A stretch of 45,531 bases of DNA from a virus, in the IMG/VR virus record IMGVR_UViG_3300021440_000007, positions 1 through 45,531 of that record. One strand, written 5' to 3'. This document shows, one piece after another, positions 17,678-25,486 of the stretch. The stretch's first letter is position 1; each line of letters starts with the position of its first letter. A program made the position numbers and the translations under genes. Below the pieces are notes generated by a model, which had not been told where the DNA came from, did no database searches, and worked only from the letters and a program-made list of their open reading frames with translations.

Positions 17678-18214
17678 TCAAGCGGCTATCTTCCAGGTTC
17701 GTTCTTTTTCTTGCCAGAGCATCCGGGAGGTTTCTTTGGCCCCGAGGCTGGGGATCTCGCATGCGTGGGAGGCGAGACAGACCGGGGCGGGGAACGTATT
17801 ACTTTCCCCGTGGAAGGTAATGGAGTTCAGGTAGATAACATCCCAGCCCTGTAAAGCCCGCCACCACCAAGTCCGTTGCGGACGTACGGGGATAAGCTGG
17901 ACCATCCGGAGCTTAGGCCAGAAGTCCCCCGACCAAAAAGCGGCCGTGGCCATCCAGTCCTTCAAGTCCGCATATGGGGGATTGATGAAGGTCCGATCGA
18001 ACCACTCCCGCTCCAGGCCGTTGTCCGCTTCGGTGTAGTTGATCAATTCGATACGCGCGCGGGTTCGGCCGGCCAGGGTGAGGCTAGGAGCACACGGGTC
18101 CAGAACGATGGCCCCGCCGAAGGCTTGCCGGACGGGGTTCAAGATTAGGTCCGGGGTTAGGACTTCTTGCGGGGGCTTGTCTCCAGCATGCACCCCGAAA
18201 AGCTCTTTACTCAC
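17678..18214 (-). CDS. Phage Dam-type DNA N6-adenine methyltransferase
   Basis: 178 aa. AdoMet-site-like IVLDPCAPS, followed by DNGLEREWFDRTFINPPYADLKDWM (NPPY catalytic motif). Order and size match the small phage Dam family (PF05869-like, from memory). Confidence 0.7.
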   Translation of the reverse strand: MSKELFGVHAGDKPPQEVLTPDLILNPVRQAFGGAIVLDPCAPSLTLAGRTRARIELINYTEADNGLEREWFDRTFINPPYADLKDWMATAAFWSGDFWPKLRMVQLIPVRPQRTWWWRALQGWDVIYLNSITFHGESNTFPAPVCLASHACEIPSLGAKETSRMLWQEKERTWKIAA

Positions 18215-18512
18215 TCAAGGCCCCGTCAACTTCGGACACAAGCTCCCTGAACGCGGCCACAAGTTCGTGGTGAGGCATCAAAAGGAGAGCCTCTTTATCC
18301 ACCCCCATGCGGCGCACACAAGCCCCCAGGAGGGTAATCCCCTCCCGCAAAAGCTCTGACCGTACAGCCAAGGCCGCCGCTTGCCAACCCTCCCTTACCC
18401 CAGGAGTAAGATCGGTCCAGGGTGGCGTGGGCTTACCGTCCCACGTCCGACCTCCCCGGTTTTCGTTGTAGGCTTCAAACGCAACTTGGCCGGGGCACTT
18501 GACTAAAGGCAT
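18207..18512 (-). CDS. Hypothetical early protein
   Basis: 101-aa ORF with an 8-nt overlap on the methyltransferase gene. Confidence 0.5.
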   Translation of the reverse strand: MPLVKCPGQVAFEAYNENRGGRTWDGKPTPPWTDLTPGVREGWQAAALAVRSELLREGITLLGACVRRMGVDKEALLLMPHHELVAAFRELVSEVDGALSE

Positions 18513-18599
18513 GGGGGTAACTCCTGGGCCCCGAGCCTACCCGAGCCCGCCCGGCGGTTCAAGGAGGGGTCCCTGGAGGTTACTTTTTGAGGTTTCCAC

Positions 18600-20051
18600 T
18601 CACGGGATTTCCGCGATCCAGCCGGCGGATAACATCGCGTCGTACAGTGCTTGTCCCACGATAGCTTCACCGTACGGATTCAAGTGCACATTACTATCTG
18701 AACGGTGCCACGAATACGAACCTTGCGTGTCTGTACCCACTGTGATGCGAGCGGCCATCACAGCCCACAAATCAACGTAGAGACATTCAGCACCAAGGAG
18801 CGCATCGATCGGGGCAACCGCAGCAGCCTGGAGCGCACGGATCGCGGCGGAATCCGCTTTTGGGGTGCCTACCGTATCTCCACCCGCGGTCCAGTTCAAA
18901 TAATGGTACCCGAGCACAACGAATCTTCGGGTCCCCGCTGTATATAGCGAGGTTGCAATATCCACGATGTTTTGTGTTGTCGGGTTGGCTCCTGTGTCAT
19001 TCGTACCCCCGTAGATAATCGCAACCTCCGGCACCTCGTATTTCAACAGGTTGCTCACGCGCGCTAGCATCTGCGTGGTGGTGTTTCCGCTCACGCCGTG
19101 GTTGCGTGACTGCGTCGTCTTGCCTGACGCCGTGATCAGATCGCGAAGCTGCGCAGGATAGAAATCGGGCAGCCTGCCGTCTGTCGTGTTGTACGTCAGC
19201 GAGTCACCGATCGCGGCGATCACGTAGTCAGGCGACATCGTCAGATCCGAACCTCCGATTGGGCATCCCGCAGTGTGCCACGCGAGCAACTCTGCAAGCT
19301 GCTGCGCCGTCACGGCGGTCGGCAACACAACGATTGCCTCGAAAGACATCGTCGAGAAGTTTGCCGCCGCTGCTTGGCGATTCGCGCCGATCGTCAGGTA
19401 CTCCAGGCCCGAGCCGGTCGGCACTGTGCCCGAAGCGTCTGCTGCTGTCGCGACGCCATTCTTGTGCGATCGAATGCTCGGGGTTCCACCAGCGTCAAGG
19501 CTGATCGAATACATCGATCGTGATCCATCCGTGACAGCGGCAGTGCTGACGTGAGCGATCGCGGATCCAGTAGATACGCGGCGACGGCTCGTTAGCCTCC
19601 CGGTTGTAACAGACTGGGTAGCGTCACAGAAATCCGCACTATTCGGACCAAACCATCCTCCTAGACACTCGGCAGTCGCGGGGATCGACGCACGCAACGT
19701 GCACCCGAGAAACACCAAAGTCGCGGCGCTTTGAGCGTTCGGGTATGTCCCGTGTGCGTTGATTGATTCGAGGTAGTCCGCGGAGCCATCAAAAGTGATT
19801 TTACCGCCCCCCCGCGTGGGTTTCGCACCGGACACCATTTGGGAAAATGCGGTACCCGGCCCGTTGATGTTGGAAAACGCTTGTACCGCGCCGTCCACGT
19901 TGGGTGAGGTTACCGCGTGGTGCGCGATCACTACGCCGGGCAGTTTATACAACGATGGAAGATACCGAGCCAGTACGGACGAACTACGTACAAGCGAGCG
20001 CCCTACTTGACGGCCTACTCCGCGCCCTACTTGACGGCCTACACCAGCCAT
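18600..20051 (-). CDS. LamG/ConA-like lectin domain fused to an SGNH/GDSL esterase
   Basis: 483 aa. SGNH blocks are IAAIGDSLTYN (I), HGVSGNTT (II), IYGGTNDT (III) and SDSNVHLNPYG (V). The N-half has FDGSADYL...LTIGAN..., which is LamG-like. Codon usage is visibly different from the rest of the genome. Confidence 0.7.
   Translation of the reverse strand: MAGVGRQVGRGVGRQVGRSLVRSSSVLARYLPSLYKLPGVVIAHHAVTSPNVDGAVQAFSNINGPGTAFSQMVSGAKPTRGGGKITFDGSADYLESINAHGTYPNAQSAATLVFLGCTLRASIPATAECLGGWFGPNSADFCDATQSVTTGRLTSRRRVSTGSAIAHVSTAAVTDGSRSMYSISLDAGGTPSIRSHKNGVATAADASGTVPTGSGLEYLTIGANRQAAAANFSTMSFEAIVVLPTAVTAQQLAELLAWHTAGCPIGGSDLTMSPDYVIAAIGDSLTYNTTDGRLPDFYPAQLRDLITASGKTTQSRNHGVSGNTTTQMLARVSNLLKYEVPEVAIIYGGTNDTGANPTTQNIVDIATSLYTAGTRRFVVLGYHYLNWTAGGDTVGTPKADSAAIRALQAAAVAPIDALLGAECLYVDLWAVMAARITVGTDTQGSYSWHRSDSNVHLNPYGEAIVGQALYDAMLSAGWIAEIP
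19998..20045. repeat. 24-bp tandem duplication at the 5' end of the esterase gene
   Basis: gcgccctacttgacggcctactcc / gcgccctacttgacggcctacacc, encoding (VGRQVGRG)(VGRQVGRS). Confidence 0.85.
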
Positions 20052-20055
20052 TGAA

Positions 20056-20382
20056 CTAACCCTCCATGATGATAGTCAGATCACCGGTGCCGGAGGTGCG
20101 GGTAAAGTTCGCGCGGACTCGGCCTCCCTTAGCACCCACAAACCAGTAAGTACGGTTCAAAGCCCCACCGGCTAGCGCCACAATCAGGATATCGACCCCT
20201 GTTGAATCCTGGAGGTTACTCCAAGTGATCCCATCCAAAGAGCCCTGGAGGTGGATATTACCAGCCAACGTACCCACGTGGATTACTTGGACCCCTAACT
20301 CTGACTGATCTGGGCCAAGAGAGTCTGTAGCTTGGGAGGCCGCAAGGCCGGTAACCGCTAGGAGTGTGAGCTTTTTGGCCAT
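20056..20382 (-). CDS. Small secreted protein (signal peptide)
   Basis: Trimmed to MAKKLTLLAVTGLAASQA..., with GGAG 8 nt upstream. 108 aa, probably beta-rich. Confidence 0.55.
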   Translation of the reverse strand: MAKKLTLLAVTGLAASQATDSLGPDQSELGVQVIHVGTLAGNIHLQGSLDGITWSNLQDSTGVDILIVALAGGALNRTYWFVGAKGGRVRANFTRTSGTGDLTIIMEG

Positions 20383-20451
20383 AGGGGTCTCCGTTTGAAC
20401 AGAGCCCAACATGGGGGCCGGAGCCGTGTCCACTTTCCGCGTAGGGACCTC

Positions 20452-21165
20452 CTACTCCCCCGCTGTATCGATCGCGTTTGCTTCGGCCAGGCTCTTGGCC
20501 TGGGCCTTCTTCCGGAGGCTTTGAAGTAGCTCCAGCTCCTCCAGGGAAAGCTCCTCCAAGTCCCAGGAGCCTCCCTCTACGCCGATCCGGTCTGTCACAT
20601 CCCCGGTCAAAAGCCGCTCCGTCTTGATCACGAACTCTAGAAGGTCCTTCACCTCCCGGGGACTAGCCGTGGGGGTGTCCGGATTGCTAGCCCTCCGTGT
20701 GAGCTTGTCCAACTCCGACTCCGCATAGTGCCGGGCCTTCTCAAGTAGGCGGGTATGGCGGCCCCGGACTCGCATCACTTCGGATTGGTCGGAGGCTACC
20801 TTAGCCGAATCGATCGCACGGTCATAAGCCCCGGCCCGTTCATGCCAGAGGAAAGCATTCACATAGGGGTACAAACTCCCGGGGTTTACGTCCAAGGCTT
20901 CGGCCATAGCCCGGATCTCCCGAGCCTGAAACCTCCCGAGAGGACCATCGGGGTAAGCCATGTTTCTGAAGTGGAGGAAATAGGCCCACCCCCCGTCCGT
21001 TTCCCCGGGCAATCGCGACCACGGGGCTATCGGGTCCCTATCGGTAATCAGTCCCAGAGCTGGGCCACACGCTATCGGATGCGGAGGACACCAATCAGGG
21101 CCGGGGAGATCGCTAACATCGGGGGTAGGGGGTTGCCGCTTGGCCATGCTGGATTGATCCCACAC
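20452..21165 (-). CDS. First gene of the leftward arm: HTH-type DNA-binding protein, possibly a terminase small subunit-like protein
   Basis: 237 aa. ...GWAYFLHFRNMAYPDGPLGRFQAREIRAMAEALDVNPGSLYPYVNAFLWHERAGAYDRAI... follows the pattern (E..AF..Y....R.L..VA..lg.s...i..ws..f.W.eR..aYD) I recall from HTH small-terminase-like proteins. It is 6 kb away from terL. Confidence 0.35.
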   Translation of the reverse strand: MWDQSSMAKRQPPTPDVSDLPGPDWCPPHPIACGPALGLITDRDPIAPWSRLPGETDGGWAYFLHFRNMAYPDGPLGRFQAREIRAMAEALDVNPGSLYPYVNAFLWHERAGAYDRAIDSAKVASDQSEVMRVRGRHTRLLEKARHYAESELDKLTRRASNPDTPTASPREVKDLLEFVIKTERLLTGDVTDRIGVEGGSWDLEELSLEELELLQSLRKKAQAKSLAEANAIDTAGE

Positions 21166-21382
21166 CTGGGTTCTGGGGTCCAGTGGATGGCCTGGGGCCC
21201 GGGCTACTGTGACACTAGGGGCTGTTACAGTACCCCAACCGGTTCAAGTGTGATGAACACTTTTCAAACTTACCCTCCGGACCCACCACGGTTCTCCGGG
21301 AAGTGGGTCCCACTTTCATGTGTAGTTCCAGACACTTACAACGGCCATAGGTCTAACTACCCGTAACCAATGAGGAAAACCG

Positions 21383-21417
21383 TGGGTCCCACTTTGACCA
21401 ATGAAATCCACTAGTTA
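21383..21417 (+). repeat. 35-bp repeat, copy 1 (tgggtcccactttgaccaatgaaatccactagtta)
   Basis: Identical to 21665-21699, read directly. Confidence 0.9.
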
Positions 21418-21470
21418 GCCTAGCTACTTTCCCCGTGGAGCCAGGACCCTACCACCCTCGTGGGGTCCCG

Positions 21471-21560
21471 TATTCCCTTTTACTTCCACATACTTAGCTG
21501 TGTATATTGCACTTATTACACTGTTTTATAAGCATATGGAGAAAACCCTAAACCAAAAAT
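21471..21560. promoter_or_regulatory. AT-rich core of the divergent control region (candidate promoters and/or DNA-unwinding element)
   Basis: tattcccttttacttccacatacttagctgtgtatattgcacttattacactgttttataagcatatggagaaaaccctaaaccaaaaat is conspicuously AT-rich in a GC-rich genome. TTAGCT-17nt-TACACT and a TATATT hexamer are present, but no promoter can be assigned firmly. Confidence 0.4.
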
Positions 21561-21613
21561 GGGTAGGAGGGGGTAGAATAGCTAAAACGGTGGGTCCCTG
21601 GGTCCACCAGAGC

Positions 21614-21648
21614 TAACTAGTGGATTTCATTCAACAAAAAGGGACCCA
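21614..21648 (-). repeat. 35-bp repeat, inverted and diverged copy
   Basis: taactagtggatttcatt-caacaaaaa-gggaccca matches the reverse complement of the repeat at 30/35 positions. The outer 18 and inner 8 are perfect. Confidence 0.85.
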
Positions 21649-21664
21649 CCTCCGGGACCTCCTC

Positions 21665-21699
21665 TGGGTCCCACTTTGACCAATGAAATCCACTAGTTA
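21665..21699 (+). repeat. 35-bp repeat, copy 2
   Basis: Identical to 21383-21417. With 21614-21648 it forms a long interrupted palindrome around a 16-nt centre. Confidence 0.9.
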
Positions 21700-21743
21700 C
21701 AGTAACAGCATACCCCGTACAGGTACACTGTACGCGTAACTTG

Positions 21744-21861
21744 CCGCTACAGACAACGGCCTTTCCCTTAGCGGCCTATCGGTTATCTGTACCGGCATAC
21801 ACAAACCGTACCAACTCCAAGGCCTACTTATCTGTAATGGCCTCGGGGTTGTCTGTAGCGG
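21744..21861. promoter_or_regulatory. Iteron-like cluster: four TTRTCTGTA sites bracketed by a 14-bp inverted repeat
   Basis: ccgctacagacaac (21744-21757) pairs with gttgtctgtagcgg (21848-21861). Sites are ttatctgta at 21783 and 21828, ttgtctgta at 21849, and tacagacaa (inverted) at 21748. Two sites are preceded by GGCCTA. Confidence 0.5.
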
Positions 21862-22081
21862 ACCCACTACCCTAACAGTCAGAAGTGACGGCAAGTGTCA
21901 CGATCCTTGAGGGATCGTCCAAGTACCCCAAGGAGGGGCCTCCGAGCCCGGACCACTCCTCTCGGACTGTCCCACCGGCCGCTGTAATCGTTACAAAGGA
22001 CCCCGGGACTATTTGTGCCAACTCGCCTCACGTTGCTTGACTGCCACGCCACACTTCACGTATCCAAGGAACCGCACCCCC

Positions 22082-22157
22082 CGAACTAGCTAGCTCGTGG
22101 GCCTTGTCCCCGGTCCCTGATCGGGGGTGCGGCAGAGCCCGCGGGCTAGCTAGTTCG
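22082..22157 (+). promoter_or_regulatory. Long stem-loop in the leader of the primase-helicase gene
   Basis: cgaactagctagctcgtgggc (22082-22102) pairs with gcccgcgggctagctagttcg (22137-22157): 21 bp including two G-U positions. The loop contains a nested ccccg/cgggg hairpin. It ends 20 nt before the TTG start at 22178. Confidence 0.5.
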
Positions 22158-22177
22158 ACACTCCGATTAGAGGCACC

Positions 22178-24700
22178 TTGATCGTTAGTCTGTTCATTGA
22201 TGCGGAGGACAACCGCCCGGGTCCCATGCCCAGTGATTGGGCTACGTGGGTTGCGACCATCAAGTCCGAGGGGCACATGGTCCTGGACTTACCCCCGGAG
22301 TTGGCTACCCCCACCGAAGAAAACAAGAAGGCCCTGAAGGCCCATAAGCTCCATTGCCCGATGTACTCCCCCACGGAGTTCACGGAAGGGGGCCGGAAAT
22401 CGAAGGCCGATAGCGTCCTGATCCACTTCGGAGTCTTGGACCTTGACCACATCACTATGGATGCTGTGGCGGAGTTCGTCCTCACGGCCCAATCCCAGGG
22501 GATAGAGATCCTCCTCTACACCACGTTTAGCCACGTGATTACCTCCACCTTGGGAGAGCCCGAAAACGTAAGTATCCGGGCCATGTTCCCTTTCTCCCGT
22601 CCGGTACCCGCGGCCCTCTGGAGCGCATTCTGGCCACGTATGAACGCATACCTAGGAGGGTATGGGGACACCCAATGCTGTAACGAGGATCGGGGGTATT
22701 TCGTCCCCAGCGTTCCAGTGTGGCGTGCGGACGATGCCCAGATCCTCCACTACCCCGGCCGCCCCCTTCCGGTGGACGATATCTTGGACTTGCCTATCTC
22801 TGTGGAGAAGCTCCGGCAAGCGGCGGGCCGGTCTACGGTCAAGGTAACGCACCAAGAGTTAGCCCTCTTGGCCAAGACCCTGGCCAAGAAAACCCCCGAG
22901 GTAGGGTTAGCCCTCCAACGAGTTCTCCAGGGGGAACCATTCGCAGAACACGGGCTCCGGGATAACATGCTTTTCAAGCTTGCCGGAGAGATAGCCAAGG
23001 CCTTTCCGAACGCGGACGCAAGCTCCATAGCGATCCACTTCCAAGCCTCCATAAGCCACTTCGGAGACGCTGATCTAAACTGGGTTACGGAGAAGATTCA
23101 ACGGAGGCAAGCGGACGCGCTAGAGGTCCAGGAGGCTAACGAACGGGAGGCTATAGCCACAGCCCGCCAAGCCATCCGGGACGCGTTCGTGGGGGGCTCC
23201 TGGGAGGGCCGGGATACCCCGTACACCCAAGCCGATCTGGAGGCCTTCGCACGGGAGGGCCGGTGTACCCCGGAGGAGTTCAAGCGCCGGTGGATCATCC
23301 AACTCCAAGGCTCCTATTACTTCTGGGTAGGAGGCCGGGGGTATGTGGGCCCCTATGATAAGGAGTCGGCTAAGCTAGCCGTCCACAGCTTCCTAGCCCC
23401 GGCCACAACCCTGGGAGTAAGACTCACGGAGATTACCCTCCAAGGAGAGTTCCTAAAGCGCAACTGTAATGATATGGCCTTGGATTACGGGACCGTGTGC
23501 GATTCGGTGGTGTTGGACATGCACGCCCAAACCTCGTATTTCGACTTGAAGCACCGGACGCTACACCGGGCCCCGTGCCCTTTGCGGGATTTGAAACCGG
23601 AGTTTCATCCCCAGATCCACCAGTGGCTCCAACTATTCGCGGGGGTAGAGTACCACAACCTGGAGCTTTGGCTCTCCTGGATCACGGCCTTGGATAGACC
23701 CGCCGTTGCTCTGTTCTGCGAAGGCTCCCCGGGCTCGGGTAAGAGCCTCCTGGCCAAAGGAGTGGCCCGGCTCTGGACCAAGAACGCTCCCACCTCCCTG
23801 GAGCAAGCCCTTAGCCAGTTCAATGACTCCCTAGCTAACTGTCCTCTGGTGTTTGCGGATGAAGTGCTCCCCAAAGACTTCCGGGGGAAAGGCCGTACCG
23901 GGGAACTCCGGGAGTTCATCCAATCCGATCAACGGGCCTACAAGCGGAAGTTTCTGCCGGACGCCACGTTGAAGGGCTGCGCGCGTGTAATCATCGCGGC
24001 AAACAACCGGAGCGCTCTGGAGGGGGAGGAGAACCTTACAGCCAATGACGTGGCCGCGATCGTCGGACGGTTCCTCCACATCGAAACCAAGCGGGAGGCT
24101 TTCGAGTTCTTGCGCTTTGTCGGGACGGAGGGATGGGTAACGGATGATCTGATTGCTAAACACGTCCTCTGGATCGTGCACAACTTGCCGAAGCCCACCA
24201 CGATCCCCCGCTTCCTGGTAGAGAGTCCCGGGGGTAAGCTTACCCGCACCATGGCCACCTCCACGATCATGGGCTCGGCTATTACCCATTGGGTTGTTAG
24301 CTTCTTGCTGGCCCCGGAGAAGCTCCGAGGAGGAAGGGCTCCGGGAGACTCGGCCCACCTAATCCGGGTAGCTCGGGGCAAGGTCCACATTAACCCCCGG
24401 GTACTGACAGACCATTGGGACCGTTACGCTACGAACGTTCCCATTGAGAAGGCCACAGCCAAGGCCGTAATGATGGGCATCCGCGGACTCTCGGACACCC
24501 AACCGGACGAACGCGTGGCCCTAAGTACCCCTGGGTACACCCACCGGAACCGCCCCAAGTTCTACGCCTTGCGGACGGAGGATCTGATTGAATGGGCCAC
24601 CGGAGGTTATTCAAGCTCGGAGGAAATCCTCCTGGCTATCCAGCGGTTAGAAGAAATCGACGCCAAGGCCCTTGATTTTGAAACACCCCCAGGAGTATAA
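22178..24700 (+). CDS. Bifunctional primase-polymerase (AEP) / SF3 (D5-like) replicative helicase
   Basis: 840 aa. AEP motifs IHFGVLDLDH (DxD) and LLYTTFSH. The helicase part has Walker A CEGSPGSGKSLLA, Walker B LVFADEV and motif C RVIIAANN. The TTG start at 22178 is preceded by AGAGG; an alternative ATG is at 22226. Confidence 0.75.
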   Translation: MIVSLFIDAEDNRPGPMPSDWATWVATIKSEGHMVLDLPPELATPTEENKKALKAHKLHCPMYSPTEFTEGGRKSKADSVLIHFGVLDLDHITMDAVAEFVLTAQSQGIEILLYTTFSHVITSTLGEPENVSIRAMFPFSRPVPAALWSAFWPRMNAYLGGYGDTQCCNEDRGYFVPSVPVWRADDAQILHYPGRPLPVDDILDLPISVEKLRQAAGRSTVKVTHQELALLAKTLAKKTPEVGLALQRVLQGEPFAEHGLRDNMLFKLAGEIAKAFPNADASSIAIHFQASISHFGDADLNWVTEKIQRRQADALEVQEANEREAIATARQAIRDAFVGGSWEGRDTPYTQADLEAFAREGRCTPEEFKRRWIIQLQGSYYFWVGGRGYVGPYDKESAKLAVHSFLAPATTLGVRLTEITLQGEFLKRNCNDMALDYGTVCDSVVLDMHAQTSYFDLKHRTLHRAPCPLRDLKPEFHPQIHQWLQLFAGVEYHNLELWLSWITALDRPAVALFCEGSPGSGKSLLAKGVARLWTKNAPTSLEQALSQFNDSLANCPLVFADEVLPKDFRGKGRTGELREFIQSDQRAYKRKFLPDATLKGCARVIIAANNRSALEGEENLTANDVAAIVGRFLHIETKREAFEFLRFVGTEGWVTDDLIAKHVLWIVHNLPKPTTIPRFLVESPGGKLTRTMATSTIMGSAITHWVVSFLLAPEKLRGGRAPGDSAHLIRVARGKVHINPRVLTDHWDRYATNVPIEKATAKAVMMGIRGLSDTQPDERVALSTPGYTHRNRPKFYALRTEDLIEWATGGYSSSEEILLAIQRLEEIDAKALDFETPPGV

Positions 24701-24710
24701 AGGGGCCTCT

Positions 24711-25112
24711 ATGGAAACCGAAACCCTTTGCCCTTTGTGTGTCAACCCGGTGGAGTTTGCCCCCCAGAGGGCCAAGTGGGTGGTGTGTGCTCGACACGCT
24801 ACGATCCTCCCCAAGGCCCGGAAGACCATCCGGCCGCATGCTCCACCCCCGGCCCAGCTAAGCCTGGTAGAGCCCGAAACCTTGGAGGGTAAGATCCGGG
24901 AGGCATTGACCCAGCTCCACGGACCTCCACCCTGGGATTTCAAAGCAACGATTACAGCCACCCTGCAAGGAGTGGATGAAGAGTTGACCGCAATCCGGAG
25001 TGTGATTTCCCAACTTGCAATCCGGCTTCAAGAGCTGGAGGGAGCCTCTTGTCCCCGATGCTCTAACAAGTGTGTTGAAGGGATCTCATTGAAAGACCGG
25101 GGGAAAGAATGA
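24711..25112 (+). CDS. Hypothetical protein (CxxC at the N-terminus, CPRC near the C-terminus)
   Basis: ORF trimmed to METETLCPLC..., which starts just after the primase stop. 133 aa. Confidence 0.55.
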   Translation: METETLCPLCVNPVEFAPQRAKWVVCARHATILPKARKTIRPHAPPPAQLSLVEPETLEGKIREALTQLHGPPPWDFKATITATLQGVDEELTAIRSVISQLAIRLQELEGASCPRCSNKCVEGISLKDRGKE

Positions 25113-25486
25113 GCACACTCCACAAGGTATGTTTTGCGGTAGCGATCTACATCCCAGCGGTTACTATCCTAGGGTTTATGCTCCACTGGAAGGTAATCTC
25201 CGTGTGGCCTCGGGACTCGGAGAGGGACCGGGCCAGGCGGATGGCCCGTGCGGCCGGTTCTGTGTTCTTCTGGCTCCTCCCTGAAGGAGAACAACGGGCA
25301 TGGTTGGCCGCGGCCCGTCATGCCCGGTGGGGCCTGGGCCCTAACCTCATTCGATTGGCCTACTATGACCATTTGGAAACAGAGCACCCCCGGCCCCTTT
25401 GGGCTCCAGGCATTGAGAGACACTGGAACCGGCTTCATTACCGGGAGAAAGCTTTTTGGGAACGAATCACGGAGGCCTCAAAATGA
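25109..25486 (+). CDS. Small membrane protein
   Basis: 125 aa, ATGA-coupled. N-terminal TM segment VCFAVAIYIPAVTILGFML. Confidence 0.55.
   Translation: MSTLHKVCFAVAIYIPAVTILGFMLHWKVISVWPRDSERDRARRMARAAGSVFFWLLPEGEQRAWLAAARHARWGLGPNLIRLAYYDHLETEHPRPLWAPGIERHWNRLHYREKAFWERITEASK

Noticed and set aside
21383-21699. Whether the 35-bp repeats could be a CRISPR array.
   Set aside because: There are only three copies and one of them is inverted. Spacings are very unequal (196 and 16 nt). There are no cas genes.
21697-22485. Minus-strand ORFs 21697-21894, 22028-22276 and 22150-22485 in or near the control region.
   Set aside because: Their translations are Pro/Arg/Ser-rich and lack ribosome-binding sites. 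They point away from the rightward operon or overlap the primase gene. I treat the region as non-coding.
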